Virus record (IMG/VR): IMGVR_UViG_3300046673_000114
Location: 16,484 to 80,483 of that record
DNA: 64,000 nt
Strand: one strand, 5' to 3'
Source: a virus
Shown piece after piece: positions 1 through 9,821 of the stretch (positions within the stretch are counted from its first letter, which is position 1; each line of letters begins with the position of its first letter). Below the pieces are notes generated by a model. The model was not told the origin of the DNA. It saw only the letters and a list, made by a program, of their open reading frames with translations, and did no database searches. A program made the translations under genes and the position numbers.

Positions 1-1
1 G

Positions 2-3000
2 TCTATACAGTTTAATTCCACAAGTAACTGCCTACAAGTTAATAAAGTCGCTTCTACTGGCACGCGTTGGAATACGTGGTTTACAACTACTACACCAGTA
101 ACGGCCGGTAACTGGTATTTTATTCAGATAACGTGGAACGTCGGCACAACTGAAGGAACTGCAAATCCGATTTGTTATATTAATAATGTTAATCAAACGA
201 TTTCTCAGGCGCTAACGAACACTGGAAGTTGGACTACCGATGCAGGGGGTATCATATGTATCGGGAATGAGTACCCCGCTGCAAATCCGAGTCAGTTCTA
301 CGGGACTCTAGTAGTAGCTAGAATTCATAACGTTATCCTTACCTCCGGTGCAGGTAGTCAGCTAGAAGGTAATTATAACGCGAGTAAATGGCGCGCACCT
401 ACAATTAAAAACGCATATGTAAACGTTGATGTGCCGGGTGCCGCTGCTGCACTAATCACACTAAGCAAAATACGAACCGACGCGAAGCTTAACGTTTCAT
501 CTATCGTTTCTAATGCGACAGCAGTTAGTTCCGTTGTTTCTCGCGCAGACGCGAAAATTAACGTTGCCACTATTACGAGTACGGCCGCACCTGTAACGTG
601 TATTCCGGGACTCGGGCATTCTATTACCGTAGACGTACCGGGCGCGGTAGCTGCACCCATCACGCCATCCGCGTTTACTACCGGCATTACCTCGCCGGAA
701 ACCGACTCACTCGCCGCGTCTACAGAAGCGGGAAGTTTAAGTAACGTAACCGTAACCATAGCTGAAGCCGATTCCCTAGCGCCGTCTGAAAACGTTTTAT
801 CGAATACTTCAATAGCCGAAACGGATGCGCTCATAGCGTCAGAGACGCCGAACGTCGCGCTCGAGGCCGATGAGGTTAGTACCCTTACACCAATCGAGGC
901 ACCATCAACCGTAGCTACATTAGCCTCTACCGAAATAGACACACTTATACCAATAGAAGCGTTAACGATTGAAGAAGATATAACGATAGGAGAAACCGAC
1001 GCGCTAAGCGAAGTAGAACAATCGGGAGTCGGTGGTAATTATGAGTACGTTAACGCATCAGAAGACATTATATTACTCAACCTCGAAACGCAAGCGTTAA
1101 GTGCGACCGCAGAAGCAGACGAGACGCAGGTTCTAACACCGGACGAAGAGGTTATAGATGAAGCTGATTTAACTGAAATCGATACGATTATACCCATAGA
1201 AGCGCCAGCAGGCGAGGTAGATGTCGGCGAGACTACTTTAATATCATCAACAACTGAGACTATCGATACCGAGGCGTACTATTCGCCGGTTATACACGAA
1301 ACCGTTGTACTTACGCCGATAGAAGCAACCGGCACGGATAGCGGAATCGTAGCATCGGTAATCGTTAACGAGTTTATTACACTAAAACCTCTTGAATTAA
1401 CCACCCCTCAGATTCCGGTGCTTGTCGCCGAACCGGAAATACTCGTCACTTTCGAAGAGATATTACCCGAGGTTGTTATCGATTATGCCGATAGCGATAC
1501 GCTAGACATAACCGAATCTATAAGCATCGAAGCGAAGTTCTCTCCGTTACAGGGACTCGTAGAAAGTGACGCGCTTAATCCTCTAGAAACGTCAACGTTC
1601 GCGTCGACGCTTAGTATTAATGAATCTACGAAACTCGCGCCGTCTGAAACCGCGCATCTTACACTAGCAGAAGTCGAATATATAACGCATAACGAAGTGA
1701 TATACCTCGACGCCGAGGACTCAACGCTTAACGACCCCGTTGTACTAATACAGACGCCACACGGTCCCGCGACGATAGACGCGCTTGAGGTACAAATTAA
1801 CACTACTGAATCTAACAAGCTTAATTCTATAGAAGTCGCAGATATTAATCCGAATGTCTATCACGCACCACCTCCGCTAGTTGATTATGTCTTAGAAGTT
1901 CGAAAGAAGGACGGTAAAAATTGGGATTTAGTAGGCGTATTAGAAAACCGCGTCGCACCAGAGTTACAATGTGAAGTAGGTGCGGCCGACCAGCTTACCT
2001 TTAACCTCCCACTTTCCGACCCAAAATCGCTTTTATTTAACGCATCTAACACGCGTGGATTAGAGGTATGGTATTACGGTAGAGACTCGAAGCTTAAACA
2101 AGTTTTTACGATTACCGGCGGCGGTAAGACAGAAGGCTATCGAGACTACGGCGGAAACCCAGGTGGAAGCGGTAGCACGCTCGGAACCGGCTCGGGAGAT
2201 TGGCTCTACGTTACCGCGATTGGGCCTGAGGCATATCTAACAATGTATTATGTCGCAGACTACACCGCAACGCAAAAGTATGTTTCTTCGATATTAAACG
2301 CTATTTGTGGAGAAATAATAGATGATGGATATATAACCGCCATTCTCGTTGACCCTGCTCTTAATAAACTAATTGATATTGACTTATCGTGGGAAAACCT
2401 ACAGAGTGCGTTAGGTAACATCATTCAACAAACCGGCGGCTATATGCGCGTCTTAGTAAACTCGAATAACCCGTCGAGTCGAGTACTATATCTCTCAAGT
2501 GAAGTCGCTTCAGACATATTCCCGATTAATCTCGGCGGCGTGACGGCTGATTCGGTGGGCGTTTGCTCGTGGGGGCCAAATAGATTAGACTTATTCGCGC
2601 GAGGCGAAAACTCGAGTATCTATCATAAATATTGGAACGGTACTTCGTGGTCTGGTTGGGCTACTCTTGGCGGAACCACTGATAGCGCGCCTACCGCGTG
2701 CTCGTGGGGGCCGAATAGAATAGACGTTTTCGTTCGCGGAACTGATAATATATTATATCAAAAATATTGGAACGGTGCGTGGTCTACATGGATACCACTC
2801 GGTGGCACGCTCACCTCTGCACCAGCCGCAGCTTCGTGGGGGCTAAATCGCATCGATGTAGTTGCTCGCGGAACGAACAATCAACTATACCACATATACT
2901 GGAACGGTATAAATTGGTCAACGTGGGGTACTCTAGGCGGCGACTGCACGAGCGACCCGGCTATAGTATCGTGGGGTGAAAACAGACTAGACGTCTTCGT

Positions 3001-5047
3001 GCGCGGCACCACTATGGAGTTGTATCATACGCGATGGGACGGTTCAACGTGGTCGACGTGGGAAAACCTCGGCGGTTATCTAACCACCGGCCCGGGCGCT
3101 GCGTCGTGGGGGGAGAATAGAATAGACGTTTTCGCTGGCGGAGAGGATAACGAGCTAGAATGGCAATATTGGGGTGGCGACGTTGGTACTCCAATTCACC
3201 AGCAGGGAATCGCGTTCGACGGGACGTATTATTATTATACAACGGATTCTACGATTTATAAGCTCGACGCAAGTTATAACGTCATTGCGTCTAACGCAAA
3301 CGCGGCCACGCAGTGTGGTGGTGACCACCTCGGCGGTTTAGGCATACATAGCGGAACTATATACCAATTCTGCACAACGGATGAGACGCCGCAAGTTATG
3401 ATGGTTGGATTATTTAATACGAGCGATTTAAGCTTTATAAGAAATGTCGATTTAACGAAAGTCGCCGGGAATCCGCCGACGTGGAGTACTTATAACATCG
3501 GCGGCGTGGGTGTAGACGCTGCGAATAACGAACTTGTAGCGATTCACTTCGGTGACGCCGGTAGTCTGTCAGTCGTGGCCCCAAAGGTGTTTAAATTCAA
3601 CTTGAGCACGTTTGCGTACTTAGGTTACATTACTGGAACGGGCGACTTAGGAATCTATTATCAAGGCATCTGCCCGTATGATGGGGTTTATTATTACACC
3701 GTCGATAATTCGTCAAACGCCAACTCACCTACGCATCTACTCGGCGGCGTGTATATGATGAACCCTGACGGAACGGGCCAGACGATGATAATACCTGCGT
3801 CTGTTTTCAATAATGCGGTATCCGATTTAGCGTGGAGTGGTGAGATAGAATCACTCAGCGTGACGGACGCGGGTATTGTTGTGCTTTGTGGTGGCTATAT
3901 CTTTACCTTCTCTCTTGAACCGCCATATACATTACAAAGCGTCACACCGGGACTACAAGAATTAACGCCTGTGTGGTCTGGATGGGAGTCTTTAGGTGGT
4001 TACGTTCAATCATCACCGGCCGCTTGTAGTTGGGGATATGGAAGAATCGACGTGTTTCTCGAGGGGCCGGATGGTGCAGTCTATCAAATGATATACCAAG
4101 AAGACGTGTGGCAGCTAAAGAAAAAGAATAGCCTAACTAAACACGGACGCGTAGACTGTCCTAAATGCCCGAAGGCCGTGAGAAAAGAAGCAGCCGAGCG
4201 TAAAGAAGCAGCCGGAGACGTAGAACCGCAAAACGTATGGTCTAATTGGAACGCGCTCGACGTAGACCAGATTCAGCCACCGGTCCCGATTATAAAATAC
4301 GATGTATTCCCGAGTATGGGTGACGTGATAAATAACGACTTAGGCGATAGCGCATACGACGGAGTTGCGTTTAATAACGGTTTCACACAACTTCAATGCG
4401 GCGTTGGTGCGTGGGTGTTTAACGCGCCGCAAGACGTCACGTGGACGAATAACATTCAAATTACGAGTGGGCCGGATATTACGGGATTAGCAGATATGAC
4501 CCTTAGTATGTGCGTATATATCGACGCGAATCAAACGGCGGTAAATAACCCGAGGCTATTCTCGAAACAACAGGAGAACGGCGCGTTTGAGCTAATCTAC
4601 GACACGTTTAACCAAGCACTCATACTTAGACGATACACAACAAATAACGATTATGACGAGTGGAGAAGCGCACAGAACTCAGTTCCGATAGGCGATTGGT
4701 ATTATATTCAGTTAATATGGCAAAGTAGCGTTAGCCCGGAAACAGAGAGTCCGCCGGTTATTATCGTTGATAACGAGCAGTTAACACTTGTTAATACAGA
4801 AGCCGGAACGGGATGGTGGTCGCCCGACTACTCCAACAATCTCTATATCGGTAATAGCTACTTATTAGATGGCAGCGGTGATTTCGTTGGCATAATGAGC
4901 TTCTTTAGCCTATATGGCGCGGCTATAGTAGACCCAACAGACGACTTTAACACTAACGCGTGGCGGCGAGACCCCGCCGACGTAGACGCGCAGCTTGTTT
5001 ATAATTTCTTCCCACAAATAGTAACTTCCGAGGTGGCAAGTCAGTGA
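2..5047 (+). CDS. Giant tail hub/adhesin protein, 5' partial: LamG-like domain, acidic repeat shaft, N-terminal part of a Tal/prophage-tail-like hub, PLL-type lectin propeller, inserted propeller, LamG-like domain
   Basis: Frame is open from base 2, in frame with the 431 ORF (GNWYFIQITWN...ICIGN LamG-like motifs). SWGPNRLDLFARG...W.GW..LGG repeats. Hub-like segment VGVLEN...LTFNLPLSDPK...SWENLQSAL. Confidence 0.8.
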   Translation, partial: SIQFNSTSNCLQVNKVASTGTRWNTWFTTTTPVTAGNWYFIQITWNVGTTEGTANPICYINNVNQTISQALTNTGSWTTDAGGIICIGNEYPAANPSQFYGTLVVARIHNVILTSGAGSQLEGNYNASKWRAPTIKNAYVNVDVPGAAAALITLSKIRTDAKLNVSSIVSNATAVSSVVSRADAKINVATITSTAAPVTCIPGLGHSITVDVPGAVAAPITPSAFTTGITSPETDSLAASTEAGSLSNVTVTIAEADSLAPSENVLSNTSIAETDALIASETPNVALEADEVSTLTPIEAPSTVATLASTEIDTLIPIEALTIEEDITIGETDALSEVEQSGVGGNYEYVNASEDIILLNLETQALSATAEADETQVLTPDEEVIDEADLTEIDTIIPIEAPAGEVDVGETTLISSTTETIDTEAYYSPVIHETVVLTPIEATGTDSGIVASVIVNEFITLKPLELTTPQIPVLVAEPEILVTFEEILPEVVIDYADSDTLDITESISIEAKFSPLQGLVESDALNPLETSTFASTLSINESTKLAPSETAHLTLAEVEYITHNEVIYLDAEDSTLNDPVVLIQTPHGPATIDALEVQINTTESNKLNSIEVADINPNVYHAPPPLVDYVLEVRKKDGKNWDLVGVLENRVAPELQCEVGAADQLTFNLPLSDPKSLLFNASNTRGLEVWYYGRDSKLKQVFTITGGGKTEGYRDYGGNPGGSGSTLGTGSGDWLYVTAIGPEAYLTMYYVADYTATQKYVSSILNAICGEIIDDGYITAILVDPALNKLIDIDLSWENLQSALGNIIQQTGGYMRVLVNSNNPSSRVLYLSSEVASDIFPINLGGVTADSVGVCSWGPNRLDLFARGENSSIYHKYWNGTSWSGWATLGGTTDSAPTACSWGPNRIDVFVRGTDNILYQKYWNGAWSTWIPLGGTLTSAPAAASWGLNRIDVVARGTNNQLYHIYWNGINWSTWGTLGGDCTSDPAIVSWGENRLDVFVRGTTMELYHTRWDGSTWSTWENLGGYLTTGPGAASWGENRIDVFAGGEDNELEWQYWGGDVGTPIHQQGIAFDGTYYYYTTDSTIYKLDASYNVIASNANAATQCGGDHLGGLGIHSGTIYQFCTTDETPQVMMVGLFNTSDLSFIRNVDLTKVAGNPPTWSTYNIGGVGVDAANNELVAIHFGDAGSLSVVAPKVFKFNLSTFAYLGYITGTGDLGIYYQGICPYDGVYYYTVDNSSNANSPTHLLGGVYMMNPDGTGQTMIIPASVFNNAVSDLAWSGEIESLSVTDAGIVVLCGGYIFTFSLEPPYTLQSVTPGLQELTPVWSGWESLGGYVQSSPAACSWGYGRIDVFLEGPDGAVYQMIYQEDVWQLKKKNSLTKHGRVDCPKCPKAVRKEAAERKEAAGDVEPQNVWSNWNALDVDQIQPPVPIIKYDVFPSMGDVINNDLGDSAYDGVAFNNGFTQLQCGVGAWVFNAPQDVTWTNNIQITSGPDITGLADMTLSMCVYIDANQTAVNNPRLFSKQQENGAFELIYDTFNQALILRRYTTNNDYDEWRSAQNSVPIGDWYYIQLIWQSSVSPETESPPVIIVDNEQLTLVNTEAGTGWWSPDYSNNLYIGNSYLLDGSGDFVGIMSFFSLYGAAIVDPTDDFNTNAWRRDPADVDAQLVYNFFPQIVTSEVASQ

Positions 5048-7560
5048 GTATAGTAACCGTAGAATCCGATGAGATTGCAGTTTTATTACCGTATGAACAG
5101 ATTCCTTTTTCGAGTATAGAAGCGGACGAAGTGTCTACGCTACTACTCGATGAGGTAACGCTTCCCGAATCGTGGTATCTAGAAGAAGCAGGAGTAAGCG
5201 TCGTTAGCACGCTTGTTCCGAACTTCGGTGCCGCTGGAACGGACTATCACGCTTATGGCGCGCAAAATGACTTTATAACGCTTCCGAGCGGCGCGACAGC
5301 GTGGCAGCTTAGCGGCAATATGGATTATATAGCGATTCCTCGCGGCGTTAGTATTGATAACGTAACGCAAACGACCTTCGAATGGTTGTTCATCCTTAAT
5401 GATTATAGTGGTAACCACGCCGGTAGATTATGGTCAAAACGTCAGACTCACGACGGAAGTTTTGATGTTTACGTAGACGATATAAACGGCTGTATCGTAA
5501 TTCAACGAGGCACGATTCTAAACGAGCTAGACGTGTGGCAGACGCCAAATAACGTAATAGACGTAGGTCAGTGGTGCAACCTTCAGATAACGTGGAACTG
5601 TGATATTTCGGCCGGTGGCGACGCGCCGATAATTATAATAAACGATACACCTCAAGAACTTCTTCACACGAACGTTGCGAATCCTGCTCTATGGGCGGAT
5701 GATAGTAACGACGACGCGTTTATTGGAAATGTTATAGGTGGCGGCTATAATCTAAATGCGACAATAGCGGTATTTAGACATTTTACGACCATAAAAACCC
5801 CGTCGAAGCTTACTACGGACTATCTCGCCGACGTGTGGCGCACGAGTAATAAACAATTAGGCCCGATTACCGTCTCATCGGGACCAAGTAACGACACCGA
5901 CCCGATACTCACTATTGAAAAGAATCTTAGTAACATCTACGCACAGACTGATTTCTCGACGGTCGTCACGCAATGCGAGCCGCGAGGCATAGGACAAAAG
6001 CCAGCAGAGCTTCGATTTAATAATCCTAATTATTATCCTAATGCACAAGCGTTACAGCTCTATACAACCGACACGAGTTGGGCGTATTTTAGACTTCAAA
6101 GTCCTTATGTTTATGCTAACGCTACATATTCTGGACAGCCGTTGCCTAGCACTATGCTCGTAGGAACCGGATTAACTGATTTCTGCAATATTTCGCCTAC
6201 ATTACAAGCCGATAGTACATACCCCGACCCTAACATGGGAGAGTCACCGCCAGCACCTTATGACGGTCAGCCGATTGGACGTGATGACTTTGCTGGACAC
6301 GGACTCGTTTTTAAACTAAACGCTAATACGCGTTTCACCGACGCTAGTTTTTTCTTATATAAAAAACCGGCAGCGACGGCCGGTCAAAAAGCGCATCAGT
6401 TTCTAGTAGGAATTTATTATATACAAAACACCCCCGACGCGGCCCTAAATGAATACGTTCCATCTCAGGGGCCGTTAGTTTGGTATATCGGTGACCTCGA
6501 CCAGATTCAGCCGGATACGTGGGCGTGGTACACATTCCCCTTACAACAAGCAGCGATAAGTCATACACCGTGGGATTGGTACGCTCTAGTGATTTCAGTG
6601 TATCCGACGACCGGCGCGAATTGGGAAGGCGACATTCTTTGGGTCGGTTTTAAGATGACGAATGTAGAACCGACACAAAATACCCCGTATCAGTTTATGT
6701 GGACGTTCGCAGGTAATCCCGCGTACTCTGCCGGAAGTAATGTTAAGAATTGGGCAAGCGCAGCAATGGCCGCGAAAGCACCGGGTGCTATGTCGCGCCC
6801 TGCTTGCGTTCTTCATTCAATAACAACAGATTTAACGAGCGAGTTTCAACAGAGTCTAAACGCGTGTCCGGGCTGGCAGCTTAAAATGCCGATAGCAAAA
6901 TACTCGCCGACTTCGCAATATTGGGCGCATTACCAACAAGCGCCGTGGCTTATCGATTGGGAGGCGTATTCGACAATGGGTAAAGTAGAAGGAACCTATA
7001 AATCAGACACGCTTTCCTCACACGACGCGCTCTTTAATGCCGGTGCAAATTATCTATCAACGGTGTCTAACCCGACTTATACAATTTCGCTAAGTGCATT
7101 AGACTTATACGATTTAGACCCACAGAAGAATTGGGCGGAAGAGCTTCGTCTCGGAACGACGGTTATGGTACTCGACGCCGAGCTTAATATTCAAGAACAA
7201 TGTCTCGTAACGAAAATTACTAAAGATAACCTCGAGCAGCCTCACGACATACAGATAGAATTAAACAGTTTATACGCGACTGCGGCGAGGTCGATGGCGA
7301 ACATAAATCAATCGAGTATTACCTATCCAAAGTATCTAAGCGGCCAAACGGTCTCTGCACCGTATATAATGAGTGGTGCTTGCACTGATACGACCCCGGC
7401 ATCACTCTACTTTGAGATAAAAGAAGGGAGTACGCTTGTTCCGTCGGTTACGATAAGCATAAACCCGACACCATATCAGGTGGCGACGAGCACCGGCGTT
7501 ACCTCTGATACAAGTACCTCTACCGCGTTTAAAATGAAAATAGACGGTGTAGTGGTGTAG
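5044..7560 (+). CDS. Tail protein: LamG-like domain plus middle/C-terminal part of the Tal-like hub
   Basis: GTG start 7 nt after GAGGTGG. Motifs KNLSNIYAQTDFSTVVTQCEPRG and PTYTISLSALDL...LRLGTTVMVLDAELNI...IQIELN resemble siphovirus prophage-tail proteins. Confidence 0.75.
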   Translation: MSIVTVESDEIAVLLPYEQIPFSSIEADEVSTLLLDEVTLPESWYLEEAGVSVVSTLVPNFGAAGTDYHAYGAQNDFITLPSGATAWQLSGNMDYIAIPRGVSIDNVTQTTFEWLFILNDYSGNHAGRLWSKRQTHDGSFDVYVDDINGCIVIQRGTILNELDVWQTPNNVIDVGQWCNLQITWNCDISAGGDAPIIIINDTPQELLHTNVANPALWADDSNDDAFIGNVIGGGYNLNATIAVFRHFTTIKTPSKLTTDYLADVWRTSNKQLGPITVSSGPSNDTDPILTIEKNLSNIYAQTDFSTVVTQCEPRGIGQKPAELRFNNPNYYPNAQALQLYTTDTSWAYFRLQSPYVYANATYSGQPLPSTMLVGTGLTDFCNISPTLQADSTYPDPNMGESPPAPYDGQPIGRDDFAGHGLVFKLNANTRFTDASFFLYKKPAATAGQKAHQFLVGIYYIQNTPDAALNEYVPSQGPLVWYIGDLDQIQPDTWAWYTFPLQQAAISHTPWDWYALVISVYPTTGANWEGDILWVGFKMTNVEPTQNTPYQFMWTFAGNPAYSAGSNVKNWASAAMAAKAPGAMSRPACVLHSITTDLTSEFQQSLNACPGWQLKMPIAKYSPTSQYWAHYQQAPWLIDWEAYSTMGKVEGTYKSDTLSSHDALFNAGANYLSTVSNPTYTISLSALDLYDLDPQKNWAEELRLGTTVMVLDAELNIQEQCLVTKITKDNLEQPHDIQIELNSLYATAARSMANINQSSITYPKYLSGQTVSAPYIMSGACTDTTPASLYFEIKEGSTLVPSVTISINPTPYQVATSTGVTSDTSTSTAFKMKIDGVVV

Positions 7561-7564
7561 AACG

Positions 7565-8572
7565 ATGACAACATACGCAGCGTATCAATTATGTGCAGAA
7601 TCATTCTCAAACTATGCTCAACTTAAAAGTCAGGGATTTATTGACCTCGTTCTAATTGAAAATATAAATAGTAGTTGTAACGCGTGTCCGGTTCCGCAGG
7701 GCTTTATAAACGGATGTACTGCGCAGGGAATGGGTTCGCTCTTAAATAACGGTAATGACGCTGGCGGAGGTGGGGGTGGCGCGAATCAGTCATACTATGC
7801 CGGACTAAAAAAGCAGGGATTAAGTGGGGCCGGTGGTGAGTCTGAAAGTCTAGATGAAGTTAACGCCATTTTAGCAAACACAGATAGTACGTTTGTCTTT
7901 ATGAACTATGGTGGACAGGGAACCGGCGGCCCAACAGGTAATAATAACATATGGGCTTCGCAGGGTGGTCACTGCTCGTATAGTGGTGGTGCAACGATAG
8001 GCTCAGGACAAAAAGTCTCTTCGTTTATAGAACCTTACGCACCGGGACTAATGTCGACTGAAGAGGTAGAAACCGAAGCCGGGTACAATAAAGACGCTGG
8101 TTGTTTTGAGGTTGGGATTTTAATAGTAGATTGGTTCCCCGGTGCTAATTATGCGGGATATGCAGACGCGGTAATATCCTCAGGAGCTACCTTCGGGGGT
8201 TTTCAGTTCTGGTATGTAGAAGGAGACAGCGCGAGCGGAAGTAATAATTGGGGACCCGGAAGTAGCGATATAAATAATATGATGAAACAGTTTCCGCCGA
8301 ATACTAAAAACATAGTGCAGCGCGCCGGTGGGTCGTCACCCGGTGGCGGCGGAGGTGGGGGGTCGGGGCCCGGTAGTAATATTCCGGCAATCACAGGCGG
8401 TAATACGTTCGGCGGTAATAGTGAGGTTGATATTTTACCATATCTAACGCAAAATCATCAGGGTCAGCCAACGCCGGGTGTACACTACGTAGAGCTTAGT
8501 TCGGCAGATGGAATACGCGCACAAGTAACCGCTTCAGTACGCGTACGAACTTGGCAGCCAAAGGAGATGTAG
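7565..8572 (+). CDS. Virion-associated putative glycoside hydrolase (TIM-barrel-like) + Gly linker + tail C-terminal module
   Basis: N-terminal ~255 aa align with 33355..34524; C-terminal 63 aa shared with the next gene. Confidence 0.6.
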   Translation: MTTYAAYQLCAESFSNYAQLKSQGFIDLVLIENINSSCNACPVPQGFINGCTAQGMGSLLNNGNDAGGGGGGANQSYYAGLKKQGLSGAGGESESLDEVNAILANTDSTFVFMNYGGQGTGGPTGNNNIWASQGGHCSYSGGATIGSGQKVSSFIEPYAPGLMSTEEVETEAGYNKDAGCFEVGILIVDWFPGANYAGYADAVISSGATFGGFQFWYVEGDSASGSNNWGPGSSDINNMMKQFPPNTKNIVQRAGGSSPGGGGGGGSGPGSNIPAITGGNTFGGNSEVDILPYLTQNHQGQPTPGVHYVELSSADGIRAQVTASVRVRTWQPKEM

Positions 8573-9576
8573 ATTAGATAATGTCGCAATATATCTACTA
8601 CAAGTTTGATAAAAGTTCGACTACAATCACAAATTATGGTAGTGGTGGTGCTGGTTGGAACGGAGCCGCTGCACGAAATCAGTATGCTACCGACTCAGCA
8701 GGGCATCCGAGGTGGGGGCCGCTAACCGGTAATCAAGATGTGATACACGTTCCCGGCGGTCTTAGCAATCCATATCAGCACACGTGGCAGATTGGATTAA
8801 ATATTCAGCAGTGGTGGCCGGTTAAAGGTATAGACTCTAGTGGCATCCTTTGTGGTAACGACGGAAAGCTCTTTTCTTACGCTAATGACCAGTACTACGC
8901 CTACCTTCACGAAGAAGGGTCAACCGCAAGCGGGTCGCTAGTTGAAACAGGCATACATCATTTTACTGTTGAAATTGCGGACGTCGGTAGTGGTAGTGTT
9001 GAGTTTTGGCTTGGTGTGGGTAGTAGTAAACCCGTTCAAATATCTACTGATGGAGGCGAAGGTGACGAGGGTGGGCGACACTGGTGGGATTTCGACTACA
9101 ACTTACAGTTAAACACTAATTACTATTTTCAGATTGTGATAAACCTTAGTAGCGGCGTGACGGGAAGCGATTATTATATTGGCAATTGTGCGCCGGGGTG
9201 TGCTGATACGATGGTAGTCGGCTTTCCGTGCGGATGTTACATTTACTCGTGGCGTGAAGATAACACAGTTCTTGACCTATCGGGCGGTGGCAACTGGAAA
9301 GACGACGTTGGCTGTTGGGCTGGTGGAACGTGCGGGGGCGCAGCCGGTGGCGGCGGCGGCGGTGGTGGTGGTCCCGGTAGCGTAATTCCAGCAATTACAG
9401 GTGGTAACACGTTCGGGGGTAATAGCGAGATTAACATTCTACCTTATCTAACGCAAAATCATCAGGGTCAGCCAACGCCGGGTATGCACTCTGTCGAGCT
9501 TAGTTCAGCAGATGGAATACGCTCGCAAGTAACCGCTTCGGTGCGCGTACGTGATTGGCAACCTAAGAATATGTGA
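8381..9576 (+). repeat. Duplicated 192-bp coding module (8381-8572 and 9385-9576)
   Basis: 56/63 aa identical (IPAITGGNTFGGNSE..ILPYLTQNHQGQPTPG...WQPK.M), with many synonymous differences. Confidence 0.95.
8581..9576 (+). CDS. Virion adhesin: LamG/concanavalin-like domain + Gly linker + tail C-terminal module
   Basis: YIYYKFD...ITNYGSGG start and LQLNTNYYFQIVI...YYIGN pattern; shared C-terminal 63 aa. Confidence 0.6.
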   Translation: MSQYIYYKFDKSSTTITNYGSGGAGWNGAAARNQYATDSAGHPRWGPLTGNQDVIHVPGGLSNPYQHTWQIGLNIQQWWPVKGIDSSGILCGNDGKLFSYANDQYYAYLHEEGSTASGSLVETGIHHFTVEIADVGSGSVEFWLGVGSSKPVQISTDGGEGDEGGRHWWDFDYNLQLNTNYYFQIVINLSSGVTGSDYYIGNCAPGCADTMVVGFPCGCYIYSWREDNTVLDLSGGGNWKDDVGCWAGGTCGGAAGGGGGGGGGPGSVIPAITGGNTFGGNSEINILPYLTQNHQGQPTPGMHSVELSSADGIRSQVTASVRVRDWQPKNM

Positions 9577-9692
9577 AGGTTATAAAATTGGCTTCAGACA
9601 AGAAAAGAAACGGTAAATCGGCGGGACTTCGTAAAAAGAAACGAAAACGCTCGCGGAATAGTAAACAAGATGACTTCTAAAGGAGAAAAGAA

Positions 9693-9821
9693 ATGGACGC
9701 TCTTACTATCACGTTTATAATAATCTGCGTCGCTGCTGGCGCGGATATTGCTATAGTTGGCACGAGTCTTTTAAGGATAATTCGACTCTTAAAACAGTAT
9801 TTAGCCGCGCAGGAGATATAA
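9693..9821 (+). CDS. Small hydrophobic membrane peptide
   Basis: AGGAG RBS; MDALTITFIIICVAAGADIAIVGTSLL...; stop abuts the next ATG. Confidence 0.55.
   Translation: MDALTITFIIICVAAGADIAIVGTSLLRIIRLLKQYLAAQEI

Noticed and set aside
431-433. GTG start of the giant tail protein
   Set aside because: The frame is open from base 2 with LamG-like sequence, so the true start is outside the window.
373-942. Minus-strand 189-aa ORF and similar antisense ORFs
   Set aside because: Shadows of longer plus-strand genes with biased codons.
5030-5050. Frameshift joining the two large tail ORFs
   Set aside because: No slippery run; a well-spaced GAGGTGG RBS and GTGA overlap indicate translational coupling.
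8381-9576. Diversity-generating retroelement TR/VR pair
   Set aside because: Differences are not adenine-specific, many are synonymous, both copies are coding, and no reverse transcriptase is present.
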